DNA from: Candidatus Bathyarchaeia archaeon
GTDB lineage: Archaea; Thermoproteota; Bathyarchaeia; 40CM-2-53-6
Length of the DNA: 64,000 nt
Direction of reading: 5' to 3'
Assembly: GCA_050013255.1 (NCBI GenBank)
Contig: JBEKFP010000002.1
Coordinates: 640,001 to 704,000, forward strand
Shown: in pieces, positions 1 to 9,640 of the stretch
Position numbering within the stretch: the first letter of the stretch is position 1
Layout: each line of letters starts with the position of its first letter
Notes under the pieces: generated by a model
Told to the model about the DNA's origin: nothing
Seen by the model: the letters and a program-made list of their open reading frames with translations, nothing else
Database searches by the model: none
Made by a program: the position numbers and the translations under genes

Positions 1-370
1 CCTCCGATACAGACGCCCTAGTCGTAGGCCCAACTACGACTCCAACCGCTCCTGAAAGGAGTTGCAGAACTAAGAAGAAGAAAAAGGAACCATGACGGGT
101 GTAGAGAATGAAAATTGCACTCATGCACGATAAAGAAAAGATCAGGAGATGCCTTCGATTAGTTCTGTCACTTAGACTGCCCCACACCCATTCGAAAAGA
201 AACATCCCCAAAGCGAACATAGCAGCCAACGTGCTCCATCCGACGATGCCGATTCCAAGTTTTTCAATGTAGAGAGGCAGGACAGGGCCCGTAAGGGTTA
301 CAGACAAAGAAACATTCCAGAGAAGCAATGTAACATAAGCTGGAAGCACGCGACGAAAACTCGGATTCAA
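1..370 (-). CDS. MFS transporter, N-terminal part (runs off the left edge)
   Basis: Manual translation from TTG ~370: LNPSFRRVLPAYVTLL...GPVLPLYIEKLGIG...WVWGSLSDRTNRR, containing MFS motif A (GxLSDRxxRR). Not in the ORF track. Confidence 0.75.
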   Translation of the reverse strand, partial: MNPSFRRVLPAYVTLLLWNVSLSVTLTGPVLPLYIEKLGIGIVGWSTLAAMFALGMFLFEWVWGSLSDRTNRRHLLIFSLSCMSAIFILYTRHGSFFFFLVLQLLSGAVGVVVGPTTRASVSE

Positions 371-598
371 CAAGCGGGATACGCCACCAACCAATACGTG
401 AGCATCTCGTTCAGAGCCGCAGTCTAGTCCGAGATTCTTTATGGTTACGTCCCATTCCCTTTCGGGACGAAGGACCGACATTGCGGATCGCCGCAGATAT
501 TGACTCCCCTGTAGCCCTCAAGGAATTTAACTGAGAACCGTACCTCGCGAGCAACAACTGAAGTTAGAGGGAACCAACGGAGTTCACAGTTAGGTAAG

Positions 599-2344
599 GT
601 GCATATGATGGTTGATTTCTGCCGGGACTGTGGAGCTTACATCCCATCAGGCTTCACGGAATGCGCAACATGTGACCCGAGGGGTAAACCATTCCTCCGG
701 TTGAAAGAGATCAATCCAAACCAGCTAACTCCGCAGGACGTGCTAGACTTATTTCCGAGTCGAACCTTTCGCGAACACCAGAAGGAAACCATCACTAAGA
801 TGGTCGAGGCGTTCACTTCTGGGATAAAGTGCATACTCCTCGTAGCCCCGACGGGCGCTGGGAAATCCTATGTGAATGCTTCCTTCACATCGGCCACCCG
901 CTCGTTCTACGCAACACCCCAGCTCGCATTAATCGACCAGATCATGCGGGACCCATTATTGGAGAAGCGATTTGTGGAGATCAAGGGCCGGCAGAATTAC
1001 CGATGCTACTATAACCCGAGTAGGGGTGTGCATGTTGGAAAATGTGAGACCGAGCAGTACCCCTGCAACGAACGCTTGGACATCTGCCCGTACTGGATGC
1101 AGAAGATGCGTGCGTTGAAAGCGCCTAGCGTCCTACTGAGCCTCGCTTACCTCATCTCGGAAGGCCAGACTGAGGGCATAAGCGAAACTTACCTAGGAAC
1201 CAGAGCACTAATGGTTTTGGACGAGGCGCACAACTTGGAAGAGCAATGCCTCAACCACATCTCAGTCCGACTATCCCCTTTCTCGATACCCTACGACGTC
1301 TACGATGAAATACTCCCCGCCCTTCGCGAGGTGGGGTCGGACATTGAGCTTGGAAGATTCCTGGAAGGCTTGGAGTCGAAGCTCAGCAGACTCTTGGAAC
1401 AGCTGAAACAGAAATCCGAAACCTCAGGCCTCTCAGTAGTGCAAACCGAGAACAGGGATCTCATTGAGCGATACCTCGCAAGCTACTACCTCTACATGAA
1501 TTCGCGGTCGGAATGGGTCTGGCAGATCAGGAACGACCAACTCCTCCTGCAACCAGTATTCGCGAAGGAGTTCATGAAGCAACTCATCTGGAAGCGAGCG
1601 GAGTACTATGTAATCTCCTCGGCCACCATTCTAGACCCAGAAGAATTCATCGAGCTGACAGGCCTTACAACGATTCTTGAGAAGGACGAGATTTACGTTC
1701 TTCAAGCGCCAAGCACCTTCCCCGTCGAGAACCGCCCAATAATCGACGCAACCGTCGGCCCCCTGTCAAAGCAAGAGTGGGACAAGAACATGCCCCAAGC
1801 CGTGAAGACAATAACGGAGATCCTTCGTAAAGAAAAGGGTAAAGTCGCGATCCATTCCCACAGCTATCGCCATCAACGAGCCCTCGTCGAGCATCTACCC
1901 GCAGACATTAAACCCCGCCTAATCGTACACACGAGCCGTGACCGGGAGGAGAAGCTGCAGGAGTGGATGCACTCCCGAGGAAAAGTATTCGTCTCCGTCG
2001 CCTTCAACGAAGGCCAAGATTGGAAGTACGACCTCTGCGATGCTCAAATCCTTTTGAAAGTTCCCTTCGCGGACCTGAGCGATCGACGAACGAGCCGCCG
2101 GTTGGGGCTTGGACATAGGAGGTGGTATGAGAATCAGGCGATGATGGAGGTCATTCAGGCGTATGGGCGGGCGATTAGAGCCGACGACGACAAGGCAGGG
2201 TTCTACGTGGTGGACGGAAGCTTCCAGAAACTTGTCAGAGACTGTTGGCCATACATACCCGACTGGTTCAAGGAAGCACTACCACCAACCCTCCAACCTC
2301 CGAACCCCTATCATGCTCTAGGTCACGTTTCAGAAAGTACGTAA
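599..2344 (+). CDS. DinG/XPD-family ATP-dependent DNA helicase with N-terminal Zn ribbon
   Basis: Q motif REHQ, Walker A APTGAGKS, DEAH, SATI, QAYGRAIR; Cys cluster after KGRQNY (Fe-S like); N-terminal CxxC...CxxC. Confidence 0.85.
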   Translation: MHMMVDFCRDCGAYIPSGFTECATCDPRGKPFLRLKEINPNQLTPQDVLDLFPSRTFREHQKETITKMVEAFTSGIKCILLVAPTGAGKSYVNASFTSATRSFYATPQLALIDQIMRDPLLEKRFVEIKGRQNYRCYYNPSRGVHVGKCETEQYPCNERLDICPYWMQKMRALKAPSVLLSLAYLISEGQTEGISETYLGTRALMVLDEAHNLEEQCLNHISVRLSPFSIPYDVYDEILPALREVGSDIELGRFLEGLESKLSRLLEQLKQKSETSGLSVVQTENRDLIERYLASYYLYMNSRSEWVWQIRNDQLLLQPVFAKEFMKQLIWKRAEYYVISSATILDPEEFIELTGLTTILEKDEIYVLQAPSTFPVENRPIIDATVGPLSKQEWDKNMPQAVKTITEILRKEKGKVAIHSHSYRHQRALVEHLPADIKPRLIVHTSRDREEKLQEWMHSRGKVFVSVAFNEGQDWKYDLCDAQILLKVPFADLSDRRTSRRLGLGHRRWYENQAMMEVIQAYGRAIRADDDKAGFYVVDGSFQKLVRDCWPYIPDWFKEALPPTLQPPNPYHALGHVSEST

Positions 2345-2384
2345 CATGATTATTTGATCCGCTACATCGAATTGTGCGGACCTT

Positions 2385-3302
2385 CTAAACTAGGAAGAGA
2401 ACTGCAACGCCGATTACTGCGATCATTGCGCCGAGAATCCCTCTCCAACTTGTCCTCTGCCTATAAAGAATCCAGACCACCGGGATAATCATGACTGGCA
2501 TTAGTGAGAGTAGGGTCTGCGCGATACCTACTTCCGCATAGGTTACAGCAACCATGGATAGCGTCACACCCAGGAAAGGCCCCACAACCGCAGCGGCAAG
2601 CGTCTGTCTCATTCCCTCCCTGTTCTTGAAGGCACTACGAAGTTCGGGCAGTCTTCCCGCAGCTATCAGGACGAGCCAAAGGGAGCAGGCTCCTAGAATC
2701 ATGCGCATTAGCGTGGCAGATATTGGGTTCAATGTTGCCGCGGGGTTGAGTTCGATTCCTTTCTTCGCCAGAACCAACCCTACTCCTTGGCCAATTGCAG
2801 CGACGAGGCCAAAGAAAATGCCGTAACTCTTCAGCTTCTTTGACACAGGAGCTTCGCCGGAGTGCTCATCACGTTCTAAGATGACTAAAACGACACCGCC
2901 CAAGGTCAGTGCGATGCCAACTGCGGCGACTGCTGGAATTGTTTCACCGAGCATGACATATCCGCCCAGAGACGCGAATATTGGAGCCAGAGCCATAAGC
3001 AGCAGGGAGCGGCGTGGGCCAAGTATTACGTAGGCGGCGAATAGTCCCGAATCACCAATACCTAACCCGACTATGCCGCTCGCACCTAACCAGAACCATT
3101 GGGGACCGCTAGCCAAAGGTAGAATGGTCCCGAGCAAAACAAATTGAGTGACGAGGAGCAGACCCACCGCTATCACAGTGCGGTACGCGTTCACGCTGAG
3201 CGACCCTATTCGTCTCCCGGCCGCGGTGAAGAACAATGAACTAACGGTCCAAAGGGCTGAAGTGATTACTGCAGCGGTTTCCCCGAGAAAGCTCGAGTTC
3301 AA
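2385..3302 (-). CDS. DMT/EamA family transporter
   Basis: About 10 TM segments in two repeats, 305 aa. Confidence 0.85.
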   Translation of the reverse strand: MNSSFLGETAAVITSALWTVSSLFFTAAGRRIGSLSVNAYRTVIAVGLLLVTQFVLLGTILPLASGPQWFWLGASGIVGLGIGDSGLFAAYVILGPRRSLLLMALAPIFASLGGYVMLGETIPAVAAVGIALTLGGVVLVILERDEHSGEAPVSKKLKSYGIFFGLVAAIGQGVGLVLAKKGIELNPAATLNPISATLMRMILGACSLWLVLIAAGRLPELRSAFKNREGMRQTLAAAVVGPFLGVTLSMVAVTYAEVGIAQTLLSLMPVMIIPVVWILYRQRTSWRGILGAMIAVIGVAVLFLV

Positions 3303-3515
3303 TTAGCTCACTGAAGCCCTAGCTTGCACAGCGACATATGCGGTCTTTTTTTGTCTTTGGTTACAGTCTCTCTGTTGGCGTATCAGCAAACTGAAAGGTT
3401 TACAGTTTGTTGCTCTAACTCCGGTCTGTTCGGTCTGCAGATCGGGCAAAAACTCTTTCTGGCTATTATGTTGGCCCTCGGGCGGGATGGTGGACGGTAA
3501 GAAGTCTCGCTGAGC

Positions 3516-3833
3516 TCAGATCTTGAATTGCAAAGCGCCTTCAGCGGTTCCCGTGTAGTGCACTATTTGGGTGACCCGAACTTCGTTTGGGCTCGCTGTT
3601 ATTCTGCCAATTACCCTAGGACCACCGTCAAGGTCGATTAGCGCAACAACGTATGGCGCTCCCTTCTCGAATCCTGTCGGCGGATACCTGATCACAGTGA
3701 ACGTGGCAACCTTGCCTTGCCCCGAGAATGATACTTCTTTGATATCGCTCAGGCAATGTGGGCACGCTTTAGTTGCGAAGAAGTCAGACCAGGTACAGTT
3801 CACGCACTTGTAGCCTCTGATGCCTTCATCCAT
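3516..3833 (-). CDS. DUF35 Zn-ribbon/OB-fold protein (thiolase partner)
   Basis: CxxC...CPHC, GKVATFTV, PYVVALIDLDGG; adjacent to thiolase. Confidence 0.85.
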   Translation of the reverse strand: MDEGIRGYKCVNCTWSDFFATKACPHCLSDIKEVSFSGQGKVATFTVIRYPPTGFEKGAPYVVALIDLDGGPRVIGRITASPNEVRVTQIVHYTGTAEGALQFKI

Positions 3834-3836
3834 ACC

Positions 3837-4991
3837 TTAATCACTTCTCAGTATGTGGACCGCGGCCGTGCCACCAATTCCGCCCACGCTCTGCGACATT
3901 CCCAGGTGGGCTTCGGGGACTTGGCATTTTCCTGCTTTCTTTGACAGTTGGAGAGCGAGTTCTGCGATTTGGTACATTCCACTAGCACCGACAGGATGGC
4001 CTCTTGCCTTTAGCCCTCCGAATGTGTTTGTGGGCATCGGCCCATCCCGCGCACAGACTCCATCCTTTACGAGTTGAGTACCAGAACCTTTCGTTGCAAA
4101 ACCCAAGTCTTCCAACGCCATAATTCCAAGAATTGAGAAGGCATCGTGGACCTCTAAGAGGTCGATTTCTTTGGGCTTCACACCCGCCGCCTCGTACGCC
4201 CGTTGGGCCGCTCTTCTTGAGGCCTCAAAGGTAGTCAAGTCTTGGCGTTGGTAGAGGCTGAGCGTATCAGTCGCAACGGCAGAAGCAGCGATCTTCACTG
4301 GCAAATCCGTGAATTCCTTCGCCTTCTCCACAGTCGTTAACACAAGGGCGGCCGCGCCATCTCCGATCGCTGAGCAATCATACAACCTCAATGGGTCCGC
4401 CACTAACGGGGACTTGAGCACATCTTCGACAGTGATGTTCTTGTGAAATTGAGCCTTAGGGTTGTTGAGGGCGTTTTCGTGGCAGAGGACCGGAAACTGA
4501 GCCAGTAGCTCATGTGGTGTATCGTACTTGCGCATGTATTCTCGGGCAATCATGGCGTTGAGGCCAACGAAAGTGATACCCGTAGCGCCAACCCGGGCTT
4601 TGTCCTCTGCCATCATAAGACCTGATGTCACCTCAGGTGTTGAGTAACCCGACATTTTCTCAACCGCCCCGACCAAGACCACGTCTTCTAACCCCGACAT
4701 TACACTCTTCACGGCGGCATGAGCGGCAACTCCACCCGAGGCGCATGCACCTTCCACCTTGAAACTTGGGACGCCTTCCCTTCCGAGTGCTGTCACCATC
4801 AAAGCGCCCAAATGCTCTTGGTTCTGCAGAAACCCAGACATCATGTTCCCGACGTAAATGGAGTCAATTTTGTCGACCCCCGAATCTTCAATCGCTTCCG
4901 TAGCGGCTTCGACGAATAATTGTGGCAGGCTTTTCCCAGAACCTGCCGTAACCGGCGACATTCCAACCCCAATTATGGCGACATCCCGCAA
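3837..4991 (-). CDS. Archaeal (SCP2-type) thiolase / acetyl-CoA acetyltransferase
   Basis: EGACASG, EVHDAF and GHPVGASG motifs. Confidence 0.9.
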   Translation of the reverse strand: MRDVAIIGVGMSPVTAGSGKSLPQLFVEAATEAIEDSGVDKIDSIYVGNMMSGFLQNQEHLGALMVTALGREGVPSFKVEGACASGGVAAHAAVKSVMSGLEDVVLVGAVEKMSGYSTPEVTSGLMMAEDKARVGATGITFVGLNAMIAREYMRKYDTPHELLAQFPVLCHENALNNPKAQFHKNITVEDVLKSPLVADPLRLYDCSAIGDGAAALVLTTVEKAKEFTDLPVKIAASAVATDTLSLYQRQDLTTFEASRRAAQRAYEAAGVKPKEIDLLEVHDAFSILGIMALEDLGFATKGSGTQLVKDGVCARDGPMPTNTFGGLKARGHPVGASGMYQIAELALQLSKKAGKCQVPEAHLGMSQSVGGIGGTAAVHILRSD

Positions 4992-5060
4992 AGTTACCTA
5001 CCTATACGTAGAACATCTTGCAGGCTCTATGTTTAATTATTCGCTGGTGGGCAGTTGGTT

Positions 5061-5189
5061 TGGAGTTGGCGGCCATAGCTGAGGGCTAGGACCCGTTCCC
5101 ATTCCGAACACGGAAGTGAATCTCTCAGGCGATTCGGGTAGTAGTGTGTTCCGAAAGGCCATGCGAGCCCCGGACCGCTGCCGACTCCA
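5061..5189 (+). rRNA. rrf: 5S rRNA (stand-alone)
   Basis: GGCCATAGC...ACCCGTTCCCATTCCGAACACGGAAGTGAA conserved core; terminal helix TGGAGTTGGC/GCCGACTCCA; TATA-like TTTAATTA at ~5032. Confidence 0.93.
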
Positions 5190-5229
5190 TTATTCTTGTG
5201 ACTTGGTTGATTAGCACTGAGTCAAATGA

Positions 5230-6420
5230 ATGAACGTTTATTACATGGGCGGCTTGGCTTATGATTTGAAACTTAGAGGAATCCTATTGTTAGGTCAACT
5301 AGGCGCCATAATTCTCGAAACCGGATTATTCGGCTCAGGCGGAGTCAGCAATTTAGTGAACATTCTGTTCTTCGTTATGTTCTTTGGTTTCATGTTGTTT
5401 GGTCAACAAATTCAAAGTCGAATTGCCCTAATGCAAATAGATGGGGCTGTTAGAAAACTTGAAAACATGAGGGACAACGCGAAATCTCTCACAATAAAAG
5501 TGCTTCGGGACGTAGGCAAACCCAAGGACGACCCGACAGCGCGATTGAATTCGTTGCTTGAGCAATTCCTCATTGAGCCCGTGAATATGGATCCATCTGG
5601 TGTGGTCAGGAAGTTCGATCACCTGCTCGACGTTCGGGAGTCGAAGTTCAAATCGGATGTGGCTAGAATTGCGCCCGAAGCGAATCCTTCACAGGTCAAC
5701 AATCTCGAGAACCTAGTCGAAGCAGCTTGGGCGCTGAACTACATGTTCAAGGTTGTTCGGCATTTGTACCTGCTCGGCAAGAAGACTTTCAGCATCTTCG
5801 TCATATTCCAGCTTCAGGCGTTCCTACCACTAATCATGATGGAGGCGGATGCTTACCAAGGGGCGACGAAGGCCTTCGCGGAAGGGCACCCGATAGGTGA
5901 CGGCGCTGGCGCGCTTGTGGCGTCGAGGTTGATGCGCGGCCACGAGGCTAGGAAAGTTGAGAAGGACATGGTTGCGGCCGAGACAACTTTGGAAGGCCGG
6001 AGAGTTATTGCGTTAAAGGCAGAGGGCCCAGGCGGGAACGTTGGAAAGCCTGGTGACGCCATCCGCCAGGTCCTGGAAGAAAACAACGGAAAAGCATCAA
6101 TGATAATCATGGTTGATGCTGCGTTGAAACTAGAGGGAGAGAAGACAGGGGAAGTTAGCGAAGGAATCGGCGCTGCGATTGGTGGCATTGGGACAGAACG
6201 GTTCAAGATTGAAGAGGAAGCAACGAAATTCGGCATACCCGTCTACGCCATCGTAGTCAAACAAAGCATACAGGAAGCAGTCACCACCATGAAGAAGGAG
6301 ATCGCTGAATCCGCTGAAACTGTCATAGAGAGAATAAAGCGGCTAATCGTTGAACGCACCAAAGAAGGCGAACTTGTCATAATCGCTGGCATCGGCAACA
6401 CCGCCGGCATCGCACCATAG
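5230..6420 (+). CDS. DUF1512 family protein (true start may be slightly downstream)
   Basis: N-terminal TM, PIGDGAG, KAEGPGGNVGKPG, VDAALKLEGE, GAAIGGIG, GIGNT motifs; near map as in other TACK genomes. Confidence 0.8.
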   Translation: MNVYYMGGLAYDLKLRGILLLGQLGAIILETGLFGSGGVSNLVNILFFVMFFGFMLFGQQIQSRIALMQIDGAVRKLENMRDNAKSLTIKVLRDVGKPKDDPTARLNSLLEQFLIEPVNMDPSGVVRKFDHLLDVRESKFKSDVARIAPEANPSQVNNLENLVEAAWALNYMFKVVRHLYLLGKKTFSIFVIFQLQAFLPLIMMEADAYQGATKAFAEGHPIGDGAGALVASRLMRGHEARKVEKDMVAAETTLEGRRVIALKAEGPGGNVGKPGDAIRQVLEENNGKASMIIMVDAALKLEGEKTGEVSEGIGAAIGGIGTERFKIEEEATKFGIPVYAIVVKQSIQEAVTTMKKEIAESAETVIERIKRLIVERTKEGELVIIAGIGNTAGIAP

Positions 6421-6430
6421 GCGACGACAC

Positions 6431-6823
6431 ATGAGTGGCAAGCCTTCAACATTCTACCCATACATACTGATCGCCTTCGGATTGGTGATCCTAGCAATTT
6501 CAATGTGGGCAATGGTACAAGCCCTCGATTACTATAACGCTGGACAATTCCCACAGTTTTTCGTGTACGGTATAATGGCAACTGTAGGCACCGTGCTCGC
6601 CATATCATCAATCACACAAATGCGCCGCCGAATGGTCGTCCTACAACACATCGCCGCCAAAGTACTCAGCGTCGTGCTCTGCGCGAACTGCGGATTCAAA
6701 GTGGTTAGGACATTCAGCGTCGGGGACTACGTGACTAAGGAAGTTGGGCAATGCCAACAGTGCAAGGGCAGCATGCGTGTCGACTCCATCTACGCTGATG
6801 ACCTTAAGCCAAAGAAAATCTAG
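6431..6823 (+). CDS. Two-TM membrane protein with C-terminal Zn ribbon
   Basis: 2 TM helices; CANCG...F..GDYV....CQQC. Confidence 0.75.
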   Translation: MSGKPSTFYPYILIAFGLVILAISMWAMVQALDYYNAGQFPQFFVYGIMATVGTVLAISSITQMRRRMVVLQHIAAKVLSVVLCANCGFKVVRTFSVGDYVTKEVGQCQQCKGSMRVDSIYADDLKPKKI

Positions 6824-7716
6824 GCAGTTAAGACTCGGCAACCATTCTCAGTCACGATTATCGTATGCTCCGCCTGAGCAACAACGTGGCCGCTCGCTTC
6901 GACGAGCACAGGGTAACCAACAATACACCGACGCTTCACTAGTTCCCCAAACGCCGCTTGGAAATTGGTACTGCGCCAAGAGTTATGCGCCCAACGAGCC
7001 GCGAAAGGTAGAGTTTTGTATGTATCCCTAACAAACTCAGCAAGTTTAACGGCTTCATCTGTTTTGGCACCTTTTGCCTTAACAAAACGGTAGATGTACG
7101 TGGAATCGCCATCGCGGACAGCACCCTCAGCACTTTTCAACGTAACAAAAGGCTCGATTGCATAGACTTCGCCCACCTCAAAGCGGCCGCTCTCCATCCC
7201 TGAAACGTTAGGAACCGACTTCCCTGCATGTATCGTGTAGCGGTCTATTTTGTGGCCGGTCAAGTTTCTAATCGGCTTGAAACCGTACCTCTCGATGCAG
7301 CGTTCCACCACACTACCGATTTCCGACAGCTTTCGTCCGGGGGCTACAGCTGCAAGCGCCTCCTGGAGAGCAGCCTCAGCCGCGACTTTCATAGACTCAT
7401 AAGCTGGGTCTAGTGCCATCGTTATCGCTGTATCTGTTACGAAGCCATCGAGCGCTACACCGAAATCCACCTTCACTATACAATCCTCCGGAATCTTGCT
7501 GGTGTCGTCCCACGGGCTAGTATAGTGGGCGGCCACGTCATTGATTCCGACATTGCATGGAAAAGCTGAGTCCGCCCCCAGGCTCTGTATCTTTCCCTCT
7601 ACCTTCTCACACACTTCCAGAACGCTCCTGCCGGCCACGGGAAGGGTTTTCACGAACTCTCGAACCTCGGCAAGGATTCGCCCGGATTTTGTGAACATTT
7701 CAATTTGCTGGCTCAA
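6820..7716 (-). CDS. map: Methionine aminopeptidase type II
   Basis: AFPCN, AAHYT, KVDFG, DTA, NLTGH, AIEPF, AQAEHT. Confidence 0.95.
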   Translation of the reverse strand: MSQQIEMFTKSGRILAEVREFVKTLPVAGRSVLEVCEKVEGKIQSLGADSAFPCNVGINDVAAHYTSPWDDTSKIPEDCIVKVDFGVALDGFVTDTAITMALDPAYESMKVAAEAALQEALAAVAPGRKLSEIGSVVERCIERYGFKPIRNLTGHKIDRYTIHAGKSVPNVSGMESGRFEVGEVYAIEPFVTLKSAEGAVRDGDSTYIYRFVKAKGAKTDEAVKLAEFVRDTYKTLPFAARWAHNSWRSTNFQAAFGELVKRRCIVGYPVLVEASGHVVAQAEHTIIVTENGCRVLTA

Positions 7717-7774
7717 CAGCAGCTAAACCTTCCTTATGGAGGATTTACTGGGGATCCTCGTACATGTGACAAGC

Positions 7775-7966
7775 TTACTGCTTCTTTGCAACCTTCACCA
7801 TTATCCGGCCAAGCCGCTTATGCCCGGTGTTAGATACTCCCACTCTTATTCTGTGCCTAGGGTAAACTCTTCCGTTGAAAGTGCTGTTGAAATTATAGGG
7901 AGCAATTATGGTCCAACCCTCACCATCGAAGATGCCTGCGCTGTAGGCCACATCAGTAGCGTTCAT
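7775..7966 (-). pseudogene. Chimeric ORF: LAGLIDADG endonuclease N-terminal fragment fused to a GHKRLGR tail
   Basis: AYSAGIFDGEG...RIRVGVSNT (LAGLIDADG helix and strands), then GHKRLGRIMVKVAK, which matches the C-terminus of the neighbouring gene. Confidence 0.6.
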
Positions 7967-8157
7967 TTGTTAGCTCCAGACTTGGCGATCTTTATGAGCA
8001 GTCTGCCCAAACGTTTGTGTCCCGCAGTCATGTACCATTTCAGCCACCAGACGGCTAAAGCTTTGACCGCTTCTTGATCTAGGGATGCGAGGTCTCTTTC
8101 TGCCTCTTCCGCTGCCGCGTCCATTTTAGCCAAAACATTGCCTTTCTCGTCACTCAT
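7963..8157 (-). CDS. Small helical hypothetical protein (WWxKWYxxAGHKRLGR)
   Basis: 64 aa from MSDEKG; protein-like composition; ATGA overlap with the next ORF. Confidence 0.7.
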   Translation of the reverse strand: MSDEKGNVLAKMDAAAEEAERDLASLDQEAVKALAVWWLKWYMTAGHKRLGRLLIKIAKSGANK

Positions 8158-8324
8158 AGCTACTCCCCAGCAACATGGCATCAATGGAGCTTCTAGAAGT
8201 TTACCCTATTTCTGCCGCAGCGGCTATTTGATTTATACAACTCGCCCGTTATGATATACGCACATTAATTGTGGGGAAGCAACTAAGTCGGAGCGTAGTT
8301 TCTGAAAGCGGGAGAACCTGAGCT

Positions 8325-9461
8325 GTGTCAGTCAATAACGAGGAAATGGTGGTCACCCCTTGGGAAGTTACGGGTAAAATCGATTATGATAAGCTGATAA
8401 GGGAATTTGGGACCCAACCCCTTACCCCAGAAATCCTAGACACGATTAGGAAGCACACCGGCGAATTACACCCTCAACTCGCTAGAAGAATTTTCTTCTC
8501 ACACAGGGATTTGGATTGGATTCTGCAGAGGTATGAAGCCGGAGAGAAATTCGTACTCTACACAGGGCGGGGCCCTTCTGGGCCGGTCCACATAGGTCAC
8601 CTGGTCCCCTGGATCTTCACCAAGTACTTGCAAGACAAGTTCGGCGCCAAACTCTACTTCCAGATCACAGACGACGAGCGGTTCCTCCAACACGATGAGT
8701 TCTCGATGAGTGAACCGGCGAAATGGGCATTTGAGAACGCACTCGACCTGATCGCCCTAGGCTTCGACCCCAAGAAAACCCGAATCATACTGGACACTAA
8801 GAACATGGACGCCCTTTACAGCCTCGCGATTAAGATCGCTAAGCATGTGACTTTCTCAACCGCCAAAGCGGTGTTCGGCTTTCGGGAGAGCACGAACATA
8901 GGCATGGTCTTCTATCCGGCTATCCAGGCGGTTCCAGCCTTCCTGGAGTCGCAGCTAGTGGGACATAATGTCCCGTGCTTGATCCCGGCGGCTATCGACC
9001 AAGACCCTTACTGGAGGATCACCCGGGATGTTGCACCGAAGTTAGGGTTTTACAAGCCCGCGCAAATTCACTGCCGCTTCGTGCCTGGACTTGGGCGCGG
9101 CGGAAAAATGTCTGCATCAATGCCTGAAACTGCAATATTCACAATAGATAATCCTCAACAAGCGAAAAAGAAGGTCATGAACGCATTCACAGGCGGACGA
9201 GCCACGATCGAGGAACAGAAACGGCTTGGCGCCAATCCTGACATCTGCTCCGTTTTTGCCTACGACTACTTCCTATTCATGAACGACAAGGAGATTGAAG
9301 ACCTACGCTACAACTGCCTCGCCGGAAACATCATGTGCGGAGAATGCAAACTCACACTCGCGGAACGAGTTGAGGAGTTCCTCATAGAGCATCAAGCGAA
9401 GCGAGAGAAAGCCAAAGACAGATTCGAGGAATTCCTCTTCAACCCCAAAGACTCGTGGTAA
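8325..9461 (+). CDS. trpS: Tryptophan--tRNA ligase
   Basis: YTGRGPS, HIGH, AIDQDPY, KMSAS. Confidence 0.97.
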   Translation: MSVNNEEMVVTPWEVTGKIDYDKLIREFGTQPLTPEILDTIRKHTGELHPQLARRIFFSHRDLDWILQRYEAGEKFVLYTGRGPSGPVHIGHLVPWIFTKYLQDKFGAKLYFQITDDERFLQHDEFSMSEPAKWAFENALDLIALGFDPKKTRIILDTKNMDALYSLAIKIAKHVTFSTAKAVFGFRESTNIGMVFYPAIQAVPAFLESQLVGHNVPCLIPAAIDQDPYWRITRDVAPKLGFYKPAQIHCRFVPGLGRGGKMSASMPETAIFTIDNPQQAKKKVMNAFTGGRATIEEQKRLGANPDICSVFAYDYFLFMNDKEIEDLRYNCLAGNIMCGECKLTLAERVEEFLIEHQAKREKAKDRFEEFLFNPKDSW

Positions 9462-9640
9462 ACAATCTATTATAGACCCAGCCGCCTATAGCTGCGAAGC
9501 TTCGAGGTTGAGCGTATGATTGCAGGTGACCGCGTTTTCAGGCCTCAACGCAGCACTCCAGTTGTCCTCTGAGCTAATTTCCCTGAATGCCGCGTGGAGC
9601 AGGCACGCAAACTCCATGGGAGCGCAAATTCTTGCTTGAT

